46,138 bases of DNA. It comes from an uncultured bacterium. Lineage in GTDB: Bacteria > Bacillota > Clostridia > Christensenellales > UBA1242. The translations under genes were made by a program, and so were the position numbers. The stretch spans positions 1-46,138 of the forward strand of contig CASLXJ010000003.1 of the NCBI GenBank assembly GCA_949398915.1. Reading direction: 5' to 3'. This document shows, piece by piece, positions 20,490 to 29,094 of this stretch. The notes beneath the pieces are model-generated. The model searched no databases and was not told the origin of the DNA. It worked only from the letters and a program-made list of their open reading frames with translations. How positions within the stretch are numbered: the stretch's first letter is position 1; each line of letters begins with the position of its first letter.

Positions 20490-20513
20490 TTTTCAAAAGG
20501 AGAAATTTAAGCT

Positions 20514-21668
20514 ATGATTAAAAGAATATCTGTTTTTTGTATTATGTTGTGTATACTATCTACAATATATTGTACTAGTATGCCAATGATGGCTTTTGCA
20601 GCCAATGAAGTCGACCTTACAAGCAAAAGCGCATGTCTTGTAGATTATGCCTCTGGCACAGTTTTATATGAAAAAGATGCAGATAAGCATTTGCCTATTG
20701 CAAGTATGGTAAAAATGATGACTATACTTCTCACACTTGAGGAAATTGAAGGTGGAAATCTTACCGAAGAGACTATGGTTACAACTTCCGAAAATGCTTC
20801 AGGGATGGGCGGCAGTCAGGTGTTTATTGACCCATTTGTTGAATATAGTGCTGGAGACCTTTTGAAAAGTGTAATTATTGCCTCAGCAAATGATGCTTCA
20901 GTTGCACTTGCTGAACATATAAGTGGAAGTGAAAAAACTTTTGTGCTTAGAATGAATGAAAGGGCGAAAGAGCTTGGCATGGAAAATACAAACTATTCAA
21001 ACTGCACGGGCCTTCCAGCGCCAGAACAATATTCTTGTGCAAGAGATTGTGCTACACTTTTGAAAAAAGTTACAAACTTTGATATTTATCATAAATACAG
21101 CACGATTTGGATGGATGAAATTGTTCACCCATCAGGCAGAAAGACTGGAATTGTAAATACAAACAGACTTGTAAAATATTATGATGGCTGTGATGGTGGA
21201 AAGACTGGCTCTACAAATGAAGCAGGTTGCTGTCTTTCAGCGTCAGCAAAAAGAAACAATATGAGACTAATTTCAGTCATTATTGGCGCACAAAACAGCC
21301 AAACAAGATTTAATGAATGTTCAAAACTTTTCAATTATGGTTTTGCAAACTTCGAAAACAAAGAAATTATTGGAATTGCAAATCCATTATTTACTCTTCC
21401 AGTAAACAAAGGCAAAATTGAAAATGCAGACATTTTTGCTCAAGAAGGGTTTTCAGTTGTTATGAAAAAGGGAGATAAGTCTGAGTTTGAAATTTCTTAT
21501 GAAAATCCAAACAAAGTGAACGCTCCAATGACTAAAGGCGACAGCATCGGAAAGGTTTATATCTCAAAAGATGGAAACCTTTTGAAAGAAATCAATCTTG
21601 TAATAGGTCAAGATATCGAAAAACTTTCACTTAAAGATTGTTTTGAAAAGGTTGTAGTTGGCTGGTAA
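20514..21668 (+). CDS. dacF: D-alanyl-D-alanine carboxypeptidase DacF
   Basis: Signal peptide, SMVK, MGGSQVF, SANDA, KTG; forespore-type promoter. Confidence 0.88.
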   Translation: MIKRISVFCIMLCILSTIYCTSMPMMAFAANEVDLTSKSACLVDYASGTVLYEKDADKHLPIASMVKMMTILLTLEEIEGGNLTEETMVTTSENASGMGGSQVFIDPFVEYSAGDLLKSVIIASANDASVALAEHISGSEKTFVLRMNERAKELGMENTNYSNCTGLPAPEQYSCARDCATLLKKVTNFDIYHKYSTIWMDEIVHPSGRKTGIVNTNRLVKYYDGCDGGKTGSTNEAGCCLSASAKRNNMRLISVIIGAQNSQTRFNECSKLFNYGFANFENKEIIGIANPLFTLPVNKGKIENADIFAQEGFSVVMKKGDKSEFEISYENPNKVNAPMTKGDSIGKVYISKDGNLLKEINLVIGQDIEKLSLKDCFEKVVVGW

Positions 21669-21750
21669 TTGATTTAATTAAAATTTTAACAGCTTTATAC
21701 GCTTATAAATTCAAACAGCTTAAATTAAAAAATATTATAAAATTATAAAG

Positions 21751-21781
21751 AAATGTCATCAAAATATGGTGACATTTTTTT
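21751..21781 (+). terminator. Intrinsic terminator after dacF
   Basis: AAATGTCATC-AAAATAT-GGTGACATTT followed by a T-tract. Confidence 0.65.
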
Positions 21782-21832
21782 GATTAAAAAATCTTGCATT
21801 TTATATTTATTTATAGTATAATTACTTTGGTT

Positions 21833-22636
21833 ATGCTTGACGAAACAAAACATGAAGAGATTAAACAAGAAGAGGCAAATGAAGCTGCTGCAACAGAACA
21901 GCTTTCTTTTGTTGATGAAACTGTAAGATTTAAGCTGGACAATTTTGAAGGTCCGCTTGATTTGTTGTTGCACCTTATCAAAGATGCCAAGCTTGACATT
22001 ATGACGGTTAAACTTGGTGATATTACTGAGCAATACCTTGAATATATGAAAGATATCGACAGCATTGATATGGACAGGGCAAGCGAGTTTATCATAGTTG
22101 CGGCAACGCTTATTGAAATTAAATCAAAACATCTTCTTCCAGTTGAAACTGAAGATGATATCGAAGTTGAAGACAGCGAGGCACTTTTGCTTCAACGATT
22201 GAAAGAATATGAATTATTTAAAGAAACTGGTGCTAAGCTTAGAGAAATCGAAGATGTAAACAAACTTTACAGAAAGCCAGGCAAGGAGACAGAAAAGGTA
22301 AAAGTTATCATCAAAGATATGGTGCTTGAAAAGCTTCTAGACGCATTTGCAGGTCTGCTTGCAAGGCAGGAAGCGAGAGGAAAGGAAAAGGAAGCGCCTA
22401 AAAAGATTGTTAAAGACAGATTTACTGTTGCTGATAAAATTTTATCAATTAGGGGCTATGCGCGTGAGCACAAAAGATTTCCTTTTGAAGACTTGTTTGC
22501 TGCTGATATGACAAAGAGTGAAATGATAAATGTTTTTCTTGCGTTGCTTGAGCTTTTGAAACTTCAAAATGTGAGAGTAGAGCAGGTGGGAATTTTCTCT
22601 CAAATAAATGTTATTTCAACAGAGACAATGGAATAA
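21833..22636 (+). CDS. scpA: Segregation and condensation protein A (kleisin)
   Basis: FEGPLDLLLHLI, ITEQYL, AATLIEIKSK.LLP, FLALLELLK; TTGCAT-N17-TATAAT upstream; start moved to ATG 21833. Confidence 0.96.
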   Translation: MLDETKHEEIKQEEANEAAATEQLSFVDETVRFKLDNFEGPLDLLLHLIKDAKLDIMTVKLGDITEQYLEYMKDIDSIDMDRASEFIIVAATLIEIKSKHLLPVETEDDIEVEDSEALLLQRLKEYELFKETGAKLREIEDVNKLYRKPGKETEKVKVIIKDMVLEKLLDAFAGLLARQEARGKEKEAPKKIVKDRFTVADKILSIRGYAREHKRFPFEDLFAADMTKSEMINVFLALLELLKLQNVRVEQVGIFSQINVISTETME

Positions 22637-22707
22637 TAAATGCTTATGCTGCTTTAAAATGGGCAGTTGCAAACTTAAGATAAATTTAATTATTAAATGA
22701 GGTTGAG

Positions 22708-23409
22708 ATGGGAAAGATAGATACTATTTTAAATTTGAAGGAAGTTGTTTTATCAATACTTTTTGTTGCTGGTGATGGCATTGAAAAGGAATTTATTGCA
22801 GAAAAACTTGAAATAAACAATAAGGAATTAAACAAAGCGCTTGACGAACTTAAAAAGACTTATTGCCAAGACGCTGGTATTCACATAATAGAATATAAAA
22901 ACAAGGTGCAACTTGCGACAAATCCAACATACGCAAATTACATATCAGATGTTTTAAATCCTATTCGAGAAAAGTCGCTTACAAGGGCGGCACTTGAAAC
23001 GCTTGCAATAATCGCTTATAAGCAGCCAATTACAAAACTTGAGATTGAGGATATAAGACGGGTAAATTCTGACTATGCTGTGCAAATTTTAATTGACCAA
23101 AATATGATTGAAGTTGTAGGTCGAAAAGATGCAGTTGGAAAGCCTTTAATGTTTGGCACGACGGAAAACTTTTTGAAGAGATTTGACATAAAAAATCTGT
23201 CTGACCTTCCTGATTATGAAGAGCTTCTTGACAGAATAAAAACTATAAGAGCTGAAGAAGATGAACAGCAAGAAAACACATTGTTTAGAAATGTTGATGA
23301 CCTTGAATTTAATGAAGAGCTTCCAGACTTTTTAAAGGGTGAAGATATTTCAAGAATTGAGGCAGAAATCGCCGCAGAGGACAATGTTAACCAAGATGAC
23401 GCTGTTTAA
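22708..23409 (+). CDS. scpB: Segregation and condensation protein B
   Basis: AALETLAIIAYKQPIT, GRKDAVGKP..FGTT..FL, LSDLP. Confidence 0.96.
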   Translation: MGKIDTILNLKEVVLSILFVAGDGIEKEFIAEKLEINNKELNKALDELKKTYCQDAGIHIIEYKNKVQLATNPTYANYISDVLNPIREKSLTRAALETLAIIAYKQPITKLEIEDIRRVNSDYAVQILIDQNMIEVVGRKDAVGKPLMFGTTENFLKRFDIKNLSDLPDYEELLDRIKTIRAEEDEQQENTLFRNVDDLEFNEELPDFLKGEDISRIEAEIAAEDNVNQDDAV

Positions 23410-23435
23410 TTTAAAAGTTTTGAATATAAATATAT

Positions 23436-23460
23436 AAGAAGGCAGACACGCCTTCTTTTT
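23436..23460 (+). terminator. Intrinsic terminator after scpB
   Basis: AAGAAGGC-AGACAC-GCCTTCTTTTT. Confidence 0.8.
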
Positions 23461-23528
23461 GTTTAATTTAATCTTTGTTTTATCATCGATTTTAGTATTT
23501 TAAAGGCTTTAAAAGCATAAAGATAAGT

Positions 23529-23681
23529 ATGCTTGAAAATAGACAAAAAAGTTATGGGAATAGATATAAACAATCAAAATTTAAAGTTAGGTTAAACAAG
23601 CTTAAACTTTTTTATGCGATAATTGGAATATTGGTAATAAGTGAAATTGTTTTAGGTGTGTTATGGGCGCTGGGGTACTAA
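23529..23681 (+). CDS. Unannotated 50-aa single-TM peptide immediately upstream of spoIVFB
   Basis: Manual translation MLENRQKSYGNRYKQSKFKVRLNKLKLFYAIIGILVISEIVLGVLWALGY*: basic N-terminus plus one hydrophobic helix; overlaps the spoIVFB start by 19 nt; SigE-like CATAAAGA 5 nt upstream. Confidence 0.65.
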   Translation: MLENRQKSYGNRYKQSKFKVRLNKLKLFYAIIGILVISEIVLGVLWALGY

Positions 23682-24517
23682 AAGAAAAGATTAGAAAGTT
23701 TCCTATTCGGCCAAGCTTTTTTCTTTTGCTTTTTTGGTTTATTTTCACTAGAAATATTTATTCATTTTTATTATTTTGCGCCGTTGTTTTTTCTCATGAA
23801 TTGGGGCATTTTTTCGTTGCACGAAAACTGGGTTATAGATTAAACTCCTTTTATATAGCACCTTATGGAATTTGTTTGAATTATAAAGAAAGTTTTTTTG
23901 ACGCAAAGGATGAAATATTTATCGCTTTTGCTGGACCTGCTGTCAATTTTATTTCGTGCGTGCTTTGCATTGCTTTGTGGTGGATTTATCCTACTTCTTT
24001 TGCCTATACACAAGAATTTGTTTTTCAGTCACTTATGCTTGGTTTGTTTAATCTTCTTCCTTGTTATCCATTGGATGGTGGAAGAATACTTGTTGGACTG
24101 CTTTCTAAGTGGCAACCAAGAAATAAAGCAATAAAATGCACAATGGTTTCAAATGTAGTTTTTGCAAGTTTTCTTTTTGTTATGTTTTTCATAAGCTTAT
24201 TCCTTGATTTTAATCCTTCTCTTTGCTTTTGTGCTGTCTTCTTAATTCTGGGGCTTTTAGATACTCAAAAAGAGTGTTGCTATCGACCCAATGTATTATA
24301 TAAAAAAAAGACTAAGAATTTTTCAAAGCCTTTCTTTTATGTTGTAAACGGGGATACGGAGCTTGGTCATGTACTTAAAAAAGTCGAAGTCAACAAATTT
24401 ACTATTTTTATCGTTCTACTGGGTGACGGCAAAATTAAAATGATTGACGAAGAAAAAATTAAGTTGATGACGCTGATGTATCCGCTGAAAACAAAATTGT
24501 CAGAAATTTTAAACTGA
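23663..24517 (+). CDS. spoIVFB: M50 intramembrane metalloprotease, SpoIVFB-like (pro-SigK processing)
   Basis: HELGH, EIFIAFAGP, NLLPCYPLDGG, degenerate CBS-like C-terminus. Confidence 0.85.
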   Translation: MGAGVLKEKIRKFPIRPSFFLLLFWFIFTRNIYSFLLFCAVVFSHELGHFFVARKLGYRLNSFYIAPYGICLNYKESFFDAKDEIFIAFAGPAVNFISCVLCIALWWIYPTSFAYTQEFVFQSLMLGLFNLLPCYPLDGGRILVGLLSKWQPRNKAIKCTMVSNVVFASFLFVMFFISLFLDFNPSLCFCAVFLILGLLDTQKECCYRPNVLYKKKTKNFSKPFFYVVNGDTELGHVLKKVEVNKFTIFIVLLGDGKIKMIDEEKIKLMTLMYPLKTKLSEILN

Positions 24518-24520
24518 CTT

Positions 24521-24973
24521 TTAATTTAAAAATGGCAAAAGCGCGTCAATATTGCTTCTTTCAAGCTCTGTCAATTTTTCGAGAATTTCATCAAGCTCAG
24601 ACCAAACGCCTTGGTGGTCGGTTTTGTCTTTATAACAAGCAAGCACGCCCATAAAGGTGCCAATGAGCATAAGCTCGGCAATGTGTCTAGTTGTCTTATC
24701 AGCCATTGTAGACATATTGATTGAGCCCCATAATCTTGCCTTTTCAAACCAATTATTGTCTTTTAAACCTTCAATTCGTTCAGCTTTGGCAAGAAGCTCG
24801 CATTCTTTTTCAAGAAGGAGATATTTGTCTTCTTCGCTTGCAAGCTCTCTTTTTAAGTTTTCATCTTTAATCTTAGGAATGATATCCTCGATTGACTGAA
24901 TTGCTGTGCGAATGTTTTGATAAACAGCATTTAAATATTCAGTCATAAGCTCTTTATTTCTTTCAATTTCCAT
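24521..24973 (-). CDS. Hypothetical helical-bundle protein, probably spore-associated
   Basis: Strong SD AGGAGG, all-helical pattern, HIAELMLIG motif, upstream GAATA-N17-CACAATT. Confidence 0.75.
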   Translation of the reverse strand: MEIERNKELMTEYLNAVYQNIRTAIQSIEDIIPKIKDENLKRELASEEDKYLLLEKECELLAKAERIEGLKDNNWFEKARLWGSINMSTMADKTTRHIAELMLIGTFMGVLACYKDKTDHQGVWSELDEILEKLTELERSNIDALLPFLN

Positions 24974-24988
24974 AATTTCCTCCTATAA

Positions 24989-25050
24989 AATTGTGTGTAG
25001 TTTCTTTTAATTTATTCAAATGTATACAATTGAAGCTTTTGCAAAAAATA
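24989..25050. promoter_or_regulatory. Back-to-back putative SigG/SigF-type promoters
   Basis: Minus strand GAATA(25017-25013)-N17-CACAATT(24995-24989); plus strand GTATA(25022-25026)-N17-AAAAATA(25044-25050). Confidence 0.5.
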
Positions 25051-25055
25051 AAAAC

Positions 25056-26465
25056 ATGAAGAAACTGACAAAAATTTTATTGATTTTATTTGTTTTGGTG
25101 ACTATTCCAGCTCTTGTTATGGGAAAATCTATTTTTAAAGGAATTTCTCCGACCGATAAGGGCTTCTCTTTCAATTTTGATACGCAGGGCATCATAGCAA
25201 TCGTGCTAGCTGCAATTTCATTAGCGCTTGGCACCTATCTTTATATAAGGTTTATCATTTCTCAACCGGTCGATAAAGCTATTTTTTTCTCCTCTTTGCC
25301 TCTAGTTGTGCTTTATGGATTTAGCCTTTTTATGTTGGCTGAAATTACTGCATTTAATAATCCACTTGCCATTTCTATAAGAAATATTTTAAATCTTTCG
25401 ACAGAAAATTTGTATAATACTGTGCTTTGGGCAATACTTTTGACACTAGTTTTTATTGGGCTGTTGTTTTTAAATTGCTTTGTTTTTTGCAAGCCTATAG
25501 CCAAAGTAGAGCGTATTGTTTCAAGGCTTGGTGATGGAAAGGTAAAAGATGAAAACCTAAAAATTGGCGGAGTAAAACAGTTTAATTCAATCGAACATAG
25601 TTTAAATAAGATAAACAACAACTATCGCAGTAAAGATAGGTCTCTTAAAACTATAAACTTAGAAGCGCAAAAGTTTATACCAAAGCAATTTTTTAAGTTT
25701 TTAGGAAAGAGTAATATTCAAGAATTGGAGCTTGGCAACCAAGTGAAAAAAGTTGCATCAAGCATGCTTGTAAAACTTATTGGCCTTGAAAGCAAGGGAA
25801 ATATGACGCTTGAAGAAAATTTCAATTTTGTAAATGCCTATATCCATGTTATTTCGCCTTTGATAAGAAAATTTGGAGGATTTATTGATAAATATAATGG
25901 TGAAGGCGTAACAGCGGTGTTTGGTCAAGCAGAGGACGCAATTGATTGTTCTCATGCTATTATCAGAGCAATAAATGTAAAAAACAGGCAAAATAAAAGT
26001 CTTCCAAATGTTGAACAAAGAATATCTATTATGACAAGTGAAGTTATTTTTGGGATTGTGGGTGAAGAAGAACATAAAATGCCAACAATAATTTCAAATG
26101 TGACTGGTGTGCTTGAAAAATTGGATGAAGTTTGTCGAATAATGAATGCTAAGATTGTATTTACTAAGTCGTCACTTGATAGTTTGCCATTAAATTATAA
26201 ATTCTTGTATAGACATATTGGAAAACTTTCTGTAAATGAAAACAAAGAAGTCATTATATTTGAAGATTTTGAAATTCTTCCAAAAGATATTTCGGCTCAG
26301 CTTATTAAATCAAAGGCATACTTTGAAAGAGGTGTTATTTTATATGAAGAGGGAAGCATTGAAAACGCGCTTGAAATGTTTTCGCAAAGTTTGAAAATTT
26401 GTCCTCGAGATAAGGGCTGCTATATTTATTATAATCGCGCAAAGGAAAAAGTTGAAGCTCAATAA
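25056..26465 (+). CDS. 4-TM + HAMP + degenerate class III nucleotide cyclase domain + TPR-like C-terminus
   Basis: Four hydrophobic helices; HAMP-like KPIAKVERIVSRLGDG...FNSIEHSLNKI; cyclase-family KFIPKQFFKFLGK, ENFNFVNAY, GGFIDKYNGEG, FGIVGEE; catalytic positions substituted. Confidence 0.8.
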   Translation: MKKLTKILLILFVLVTIPALVMGKSIFKGISPTDKGFSFNFDTQGIIAIVLAAISLALGTYLYIRFIISQPVDKAIFFSSLPLVVLYGFSLFMLAEITAFNNPLAISIRNILNLSTENLYNTVLWAILLTLVFIGLLFLNCFVFCKPIAKVERIVSRLGDGKVKDENLKIGGVKQFNSIEHSLNKINNNYRSKDRSLKTINLEAQKFIPKQFFKFLGKSNIQELELGNQVKKVASSMLVKLIGLESKGNMTLEENFNFVNAYIHVISPLIRKFGGFIDKYNGEGVTAVFGQAEDAIDCSHAIIRAINVKNRQNKSLPNVEQRISIMTSEVIFGIVGEEEHKMPTIISNVTGVLEKLDEVCRIMNAKIVFTKSSLDSLPLNYKFLYRHIGKLSVNENKEVIIFEDFEILPKDISAQLIKSKAYFERGVILYEEGSIENALEMFSQSLKICPRDKGCYIYYNRAKEKVEAQ

Positions 26466-26477
26466 TTTGCTATTTGC

Positions 26478-26507
26478 TTGACAAGTTTGATAGGTAAGTG
26501 CTAAAAT
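26478..26507 (+). promoter_or_regulatory. SigA promoter, leaderless
   Basis: TTGACA-N18-TAAAAT with extended TG; ATG 6 nt downstream. Confidence 0.65.
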
Positions 26508-26513
26508 TTTTAT

Positions 26514-27038
26514 ATGGCATTTCGTAGAAGAGAAAAAAGCACAATAGAATGTCCAAGGTGCAGTCAAAAAAGTTTGATTGGCATGGAAAGCTGTCCAGGC
26601 TGTGGGCTTGTTTTTTCACGCATGGAAATTGCAACGAATAAAGATGCAAAAAGAAAAATACACAGAGGCGACAGAGATTTCATTGTTTACACATCAAAAT
26701 TGCCAAGTGATGTAAAATTTATTAAACTGCTTCTTTTTACAATCTTTTTAGGGCTGTTTGGCGGTCATTGTTTTTATGTTGGTAGATACTGGCGGGCAGG
26801 ACTTTTGCTTACAAATTCAATAGTGCTTGTTTTGTGCACCATATTTAATGCCGCAATTGTTCAACTTCAAGAAGGAATGTTTATTGCCGCTGTTGCGACG
26901 GTCTGTGGTTTAATAATGTTTGTTTGGGTTTATGATATATTTGCTGTCATATTAAAGAAGTTTAAAGTGCCAGTTGCAATTGACCTTGAAAGCGGAATTG
27001 ATGATGATAAAGTTGAAAGAAACGAGGAAGAAAAATGA
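26514..27038 (+). CDS. Zinc-ribbon plus TM2-domain membrane protein
   Basis: CPRC...CPGC, then [17 protein letters not shown]2 signature; ATGA overlap with mnmA. Confidence 0.8.
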   Translation: MAFRRREKSTIECPRCSQKSLIGMESCPGCGLVFSRMEIATNKDAKRKIHRGDRDFIVYTSKLPSDVKFIKLLLFTIFLGLFGGHCFYVGRYWRAGLLLTNSIVLVLCTIFNAAIVQLQEGMFIAAVATVCGLIMFVWVYDIFAVILKKFKVPVAIDLESGIDDDKVERNEEEK

Positions 27039-28111
27039 GAATAGTAGTAGGTATAAGTGGTGGAGTTGATTCTTCTGTAGCTGCCTATCTTTTGAAAGAA
27101 CAGGGGCATGAAGTAATCGGGCTTTTTATGGTTAATTGGGAAGAAAAAGACGGCGCCTGCACAGCAGAAGAAGACTTTGAAGATGTAAAAAGAGTCTGCA
27201 ACAGTATTGGCATACCATATTTTTCTGTGAATTACGCAAAAGAATACTATGACCGTGTGTTTGAATACTTTCTGGATGAGCTAAAAAAAGGAAGGACTCC
27301 AAACCCAGATGTGCTTTGCAATCGTGAAGTTAAATTTGGCCCATTTTTAGAACAAGCATTAAAGCTTGGGGCAGATAAAATTGCCACAGGTCATTATGCA
27401 AAGAAAATTGAAAAAAATGGCAAGTATTATCTTGCAAAAGCAGATGATTTAAACAAAGACCAATCATATTTTTTAAATCAATTAAGTCAAGCACAACTTG
27501 CTTCCGTAATTTTTCCTCTTGAAAATATAGACAAACCTAAAGTACGAGAAATAGCAAAAAAACTTGACCTTTCAAATGCAGAAAAAAAAGATAGCACAGG
27601 CATTTGTTTCATAGGTGAGAGAAATTTTAAAAAGTTTTTAAAAGAATATCTTCCTGCTAAACCCGGAAAAATTCTTGACCTTGAAGGAAAAGAAGTGGGC
27701 ACTCATGAAGGACTTATGTATTATACATTGGGTCAAAGAAGGGGGCTTGGAATAGGCGGAAGAGCGGGCGGAAGCGGGCAACGCTGGTTTGTTGTTAAAA
27801 AAGACCTGCAAAATAACATTCTTTATGTATCTCAAGGTGAAGATGATTTGTTATATAGCGACGGACTTCTTGCAAGCGGAATGAATTGGATACCAGAGCT
27901 TCCAGAGCAAAAAGAATTTGAATGCTTTGCAAAGTTTAGATATCGCCAGCCTGATCAAGCAGTAAAAGTGACAATTATAAGTGATAAAGAAATTAAGGTT
28001 GATTTTAAAGAAAGACAACGAGCAATAACTCCAGGCCAATTTGTAGTATTATATGATGCTGACGGAATTTGTTTAGGCGGCGGCATAATAGATGAAAGTT
28101 TTAATTATTAA
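27035..28111 (+). CDS. mnmA: tRNA 2-thiouridylase MnmA
   Basis: [48 protein letters not shown]. Confidence 0.98.
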   Translation: MRIVVGISGGVDSSVAAYLLKEQGHEVIGLFMVNWEEKDGACTAEEDFEDVKRVCNSIGIPYFSVNYAKEYYDRVFEYFLDELKKGRTPNPDVLCNREVKFGPFLEQALKLGADKIATGHYAKKIEKNGKYYLAKADDLNKDQSYFLNQLSQAQLASVIFPLENIDKPKVREIAKKLDLSNAEKKDSTGICFIGERNFKKFLKEYLPAKPGKILDLEGKEVGTHEGLMYYTLGQRRGLGIGGRAGGSGQRWFVVKKDLQNNILYVSQGEDDLLYSDGLLASGMNWIPELPEQKEFECFAKFRYRQPDQAVKVTIISDKEIKVDFKERQRAITPGQFVVLYDADGICLGGGIIDESFNY

Positions 28112-28116
28112 AATTT

Positions 28117-28145
28117 GAATAATTACCTCCAAAATAAAGATACTA
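28117..28145 (+). promoter_or_regulatory. Putative SigG/SigF promoter
   Basis: GAATA-N17-GATACTA upstream of AAGGAGG. Confidence 0.55.
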
Positions 28146-28162
28146 AATTTAAGGAGGTAAAT

Positions 28163-28387
28163 ATGGTAATTGCAAATTATATCGCCCTTATTCTTCTTTT
28201 AATAGGCGGAATAAATTGGGGTTTAATGGGAATTTGTATGTTCAACTTAGTTTCTTGGCTATGTTTTGGAAATACAATCATTGCAAGAATTATTTATATT
28301 CTCGTATTGCTTGCTGCAATTTGGATTATAATTTCTGCTGCAATCAATGGCGGAATCTTGCTTGCCTACAACTTCGCAAGAACATAA
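28163..28387 (+). CDS. DUF378-family small membrane protein (YuzA-like)
   Basis: ALILLLIGGINWGLMG..FNLV..L...ARIIYILV; SD AAGGAGG before ATG 28163. Confidence 0.85.
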   Translation: MVIANYIALILLLIGGINWGLMGICMFNLVSWLCFGNTIIARIIYILVLLAAIWIIISAAINGGILLAYNFART

Positions 28388-28392
28388 ACACT

Positions 28393-28433
28393 AAAAAACT
28401 CTTATTATCTATCTAAGTAATAAGAGTTTTTTT
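28393..28433. terminator. Bidirectional terminator
   Basis: A6-CTCTTATTA...TAATAAGAG-T7 between convergent genes. Confidence 0.8.
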
Positions 28434-28447
28434 GTTTAATATAAGTT

Positions 28448-29035
28448 TTAAAAGAAGATATTTTCTTCAAGATCGTCAGGGTGTTTTTGCTCGCCTTCGA
28501 GAGTCTCCCATGGATAAACTGCGTCAAGAAATTCTATTCCAAGTTTTTCGCATTCTTCTTTTGAAAGGTTGTTTCCCTTTAGAAAAGCATAGTCTTCATA
28601 AATGGTTTTATCTGTAAATGAAATGCTGTTGTAATTTTTTGCAATGCAAACATAAAGAAGTCTAGCTTGAGGATAAACTTTTAATATTTCATCAATACAA
28701 AGTTTAACGCTTGTTCCAGAGGAGTGCGTGCCTTCAACAATTAAAAAGACAGGGTCTTTTTTATCAATATTTAAATTTGAAAGGGGGTTGAATATGACCT
28801 CTATGTTTTCGCTTTTATCTTTATATGTAATATGCTTTATTTGAATAGGTGCAAATTTTACAATATTAAGCCTATTTGCAAGATAAACAGCAGGCACAGC
28901 TCCGCTTCTTAAAACTGGTACAATGTAATCAACTTTTATTTGATTTTCATTTAAAAATTTACTTAAATTATTGTGTAATTTGTCAATATGCTTAAGAAAT
29001 TCATCATGACTCATAAATCTCATTTCTCGTTTCAT
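28448..29035 (-). CDS. Type I phosphoribosyltransferase-family protein (Gpt-like) with variant PRPP loop
   Basis: DYIVPVLRSGAVPA, VFLIVEGTHSSGTS, C-terminal YPWE; SD AAGGTG before ATG 29035. The ORF track's longer start runs through the tRNA. Confidence 0.8.
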   Translation of the reverse strand: MKREMRFMSHDEFLKHIDKLHNNLSKFLNENQIKVDYIVPVLRSGAVPAVYLANRLNIVKFAPIQIKHITYKDKSENIEVIFNPLSNLNIDKKDPVFLIVEGTHSSGTSVKLCIDEILKVYPQARLLYVCIAKNYNSISFTDKTIYEDYAFLKGNNLSKEECEKLGIEFLDAVYPWETLEGEQKHPDDLEENIFF

Positions 29036-29049
29036 AATCACCTTTAAGA

Positions 29050-29087
29050 TATATATTGTATTATGCATGTCAGACATAATACTGTAT
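29050..29087. repeat. 38-bp palindromic element, copy 1
   Basis: TATATATTGTATTATGCATGTCAGACATAATACTGTAT; 35/38 identical to 36921-36958. Confidence 0.85.
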
Positions 29088-29094
29088 ATAGTAT

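Noticed and set aside
21688-21721. AACAGCTT direct repeat after dacF
   Set aside because: Only 8 bp twice in AT-rich DNA; not significant.
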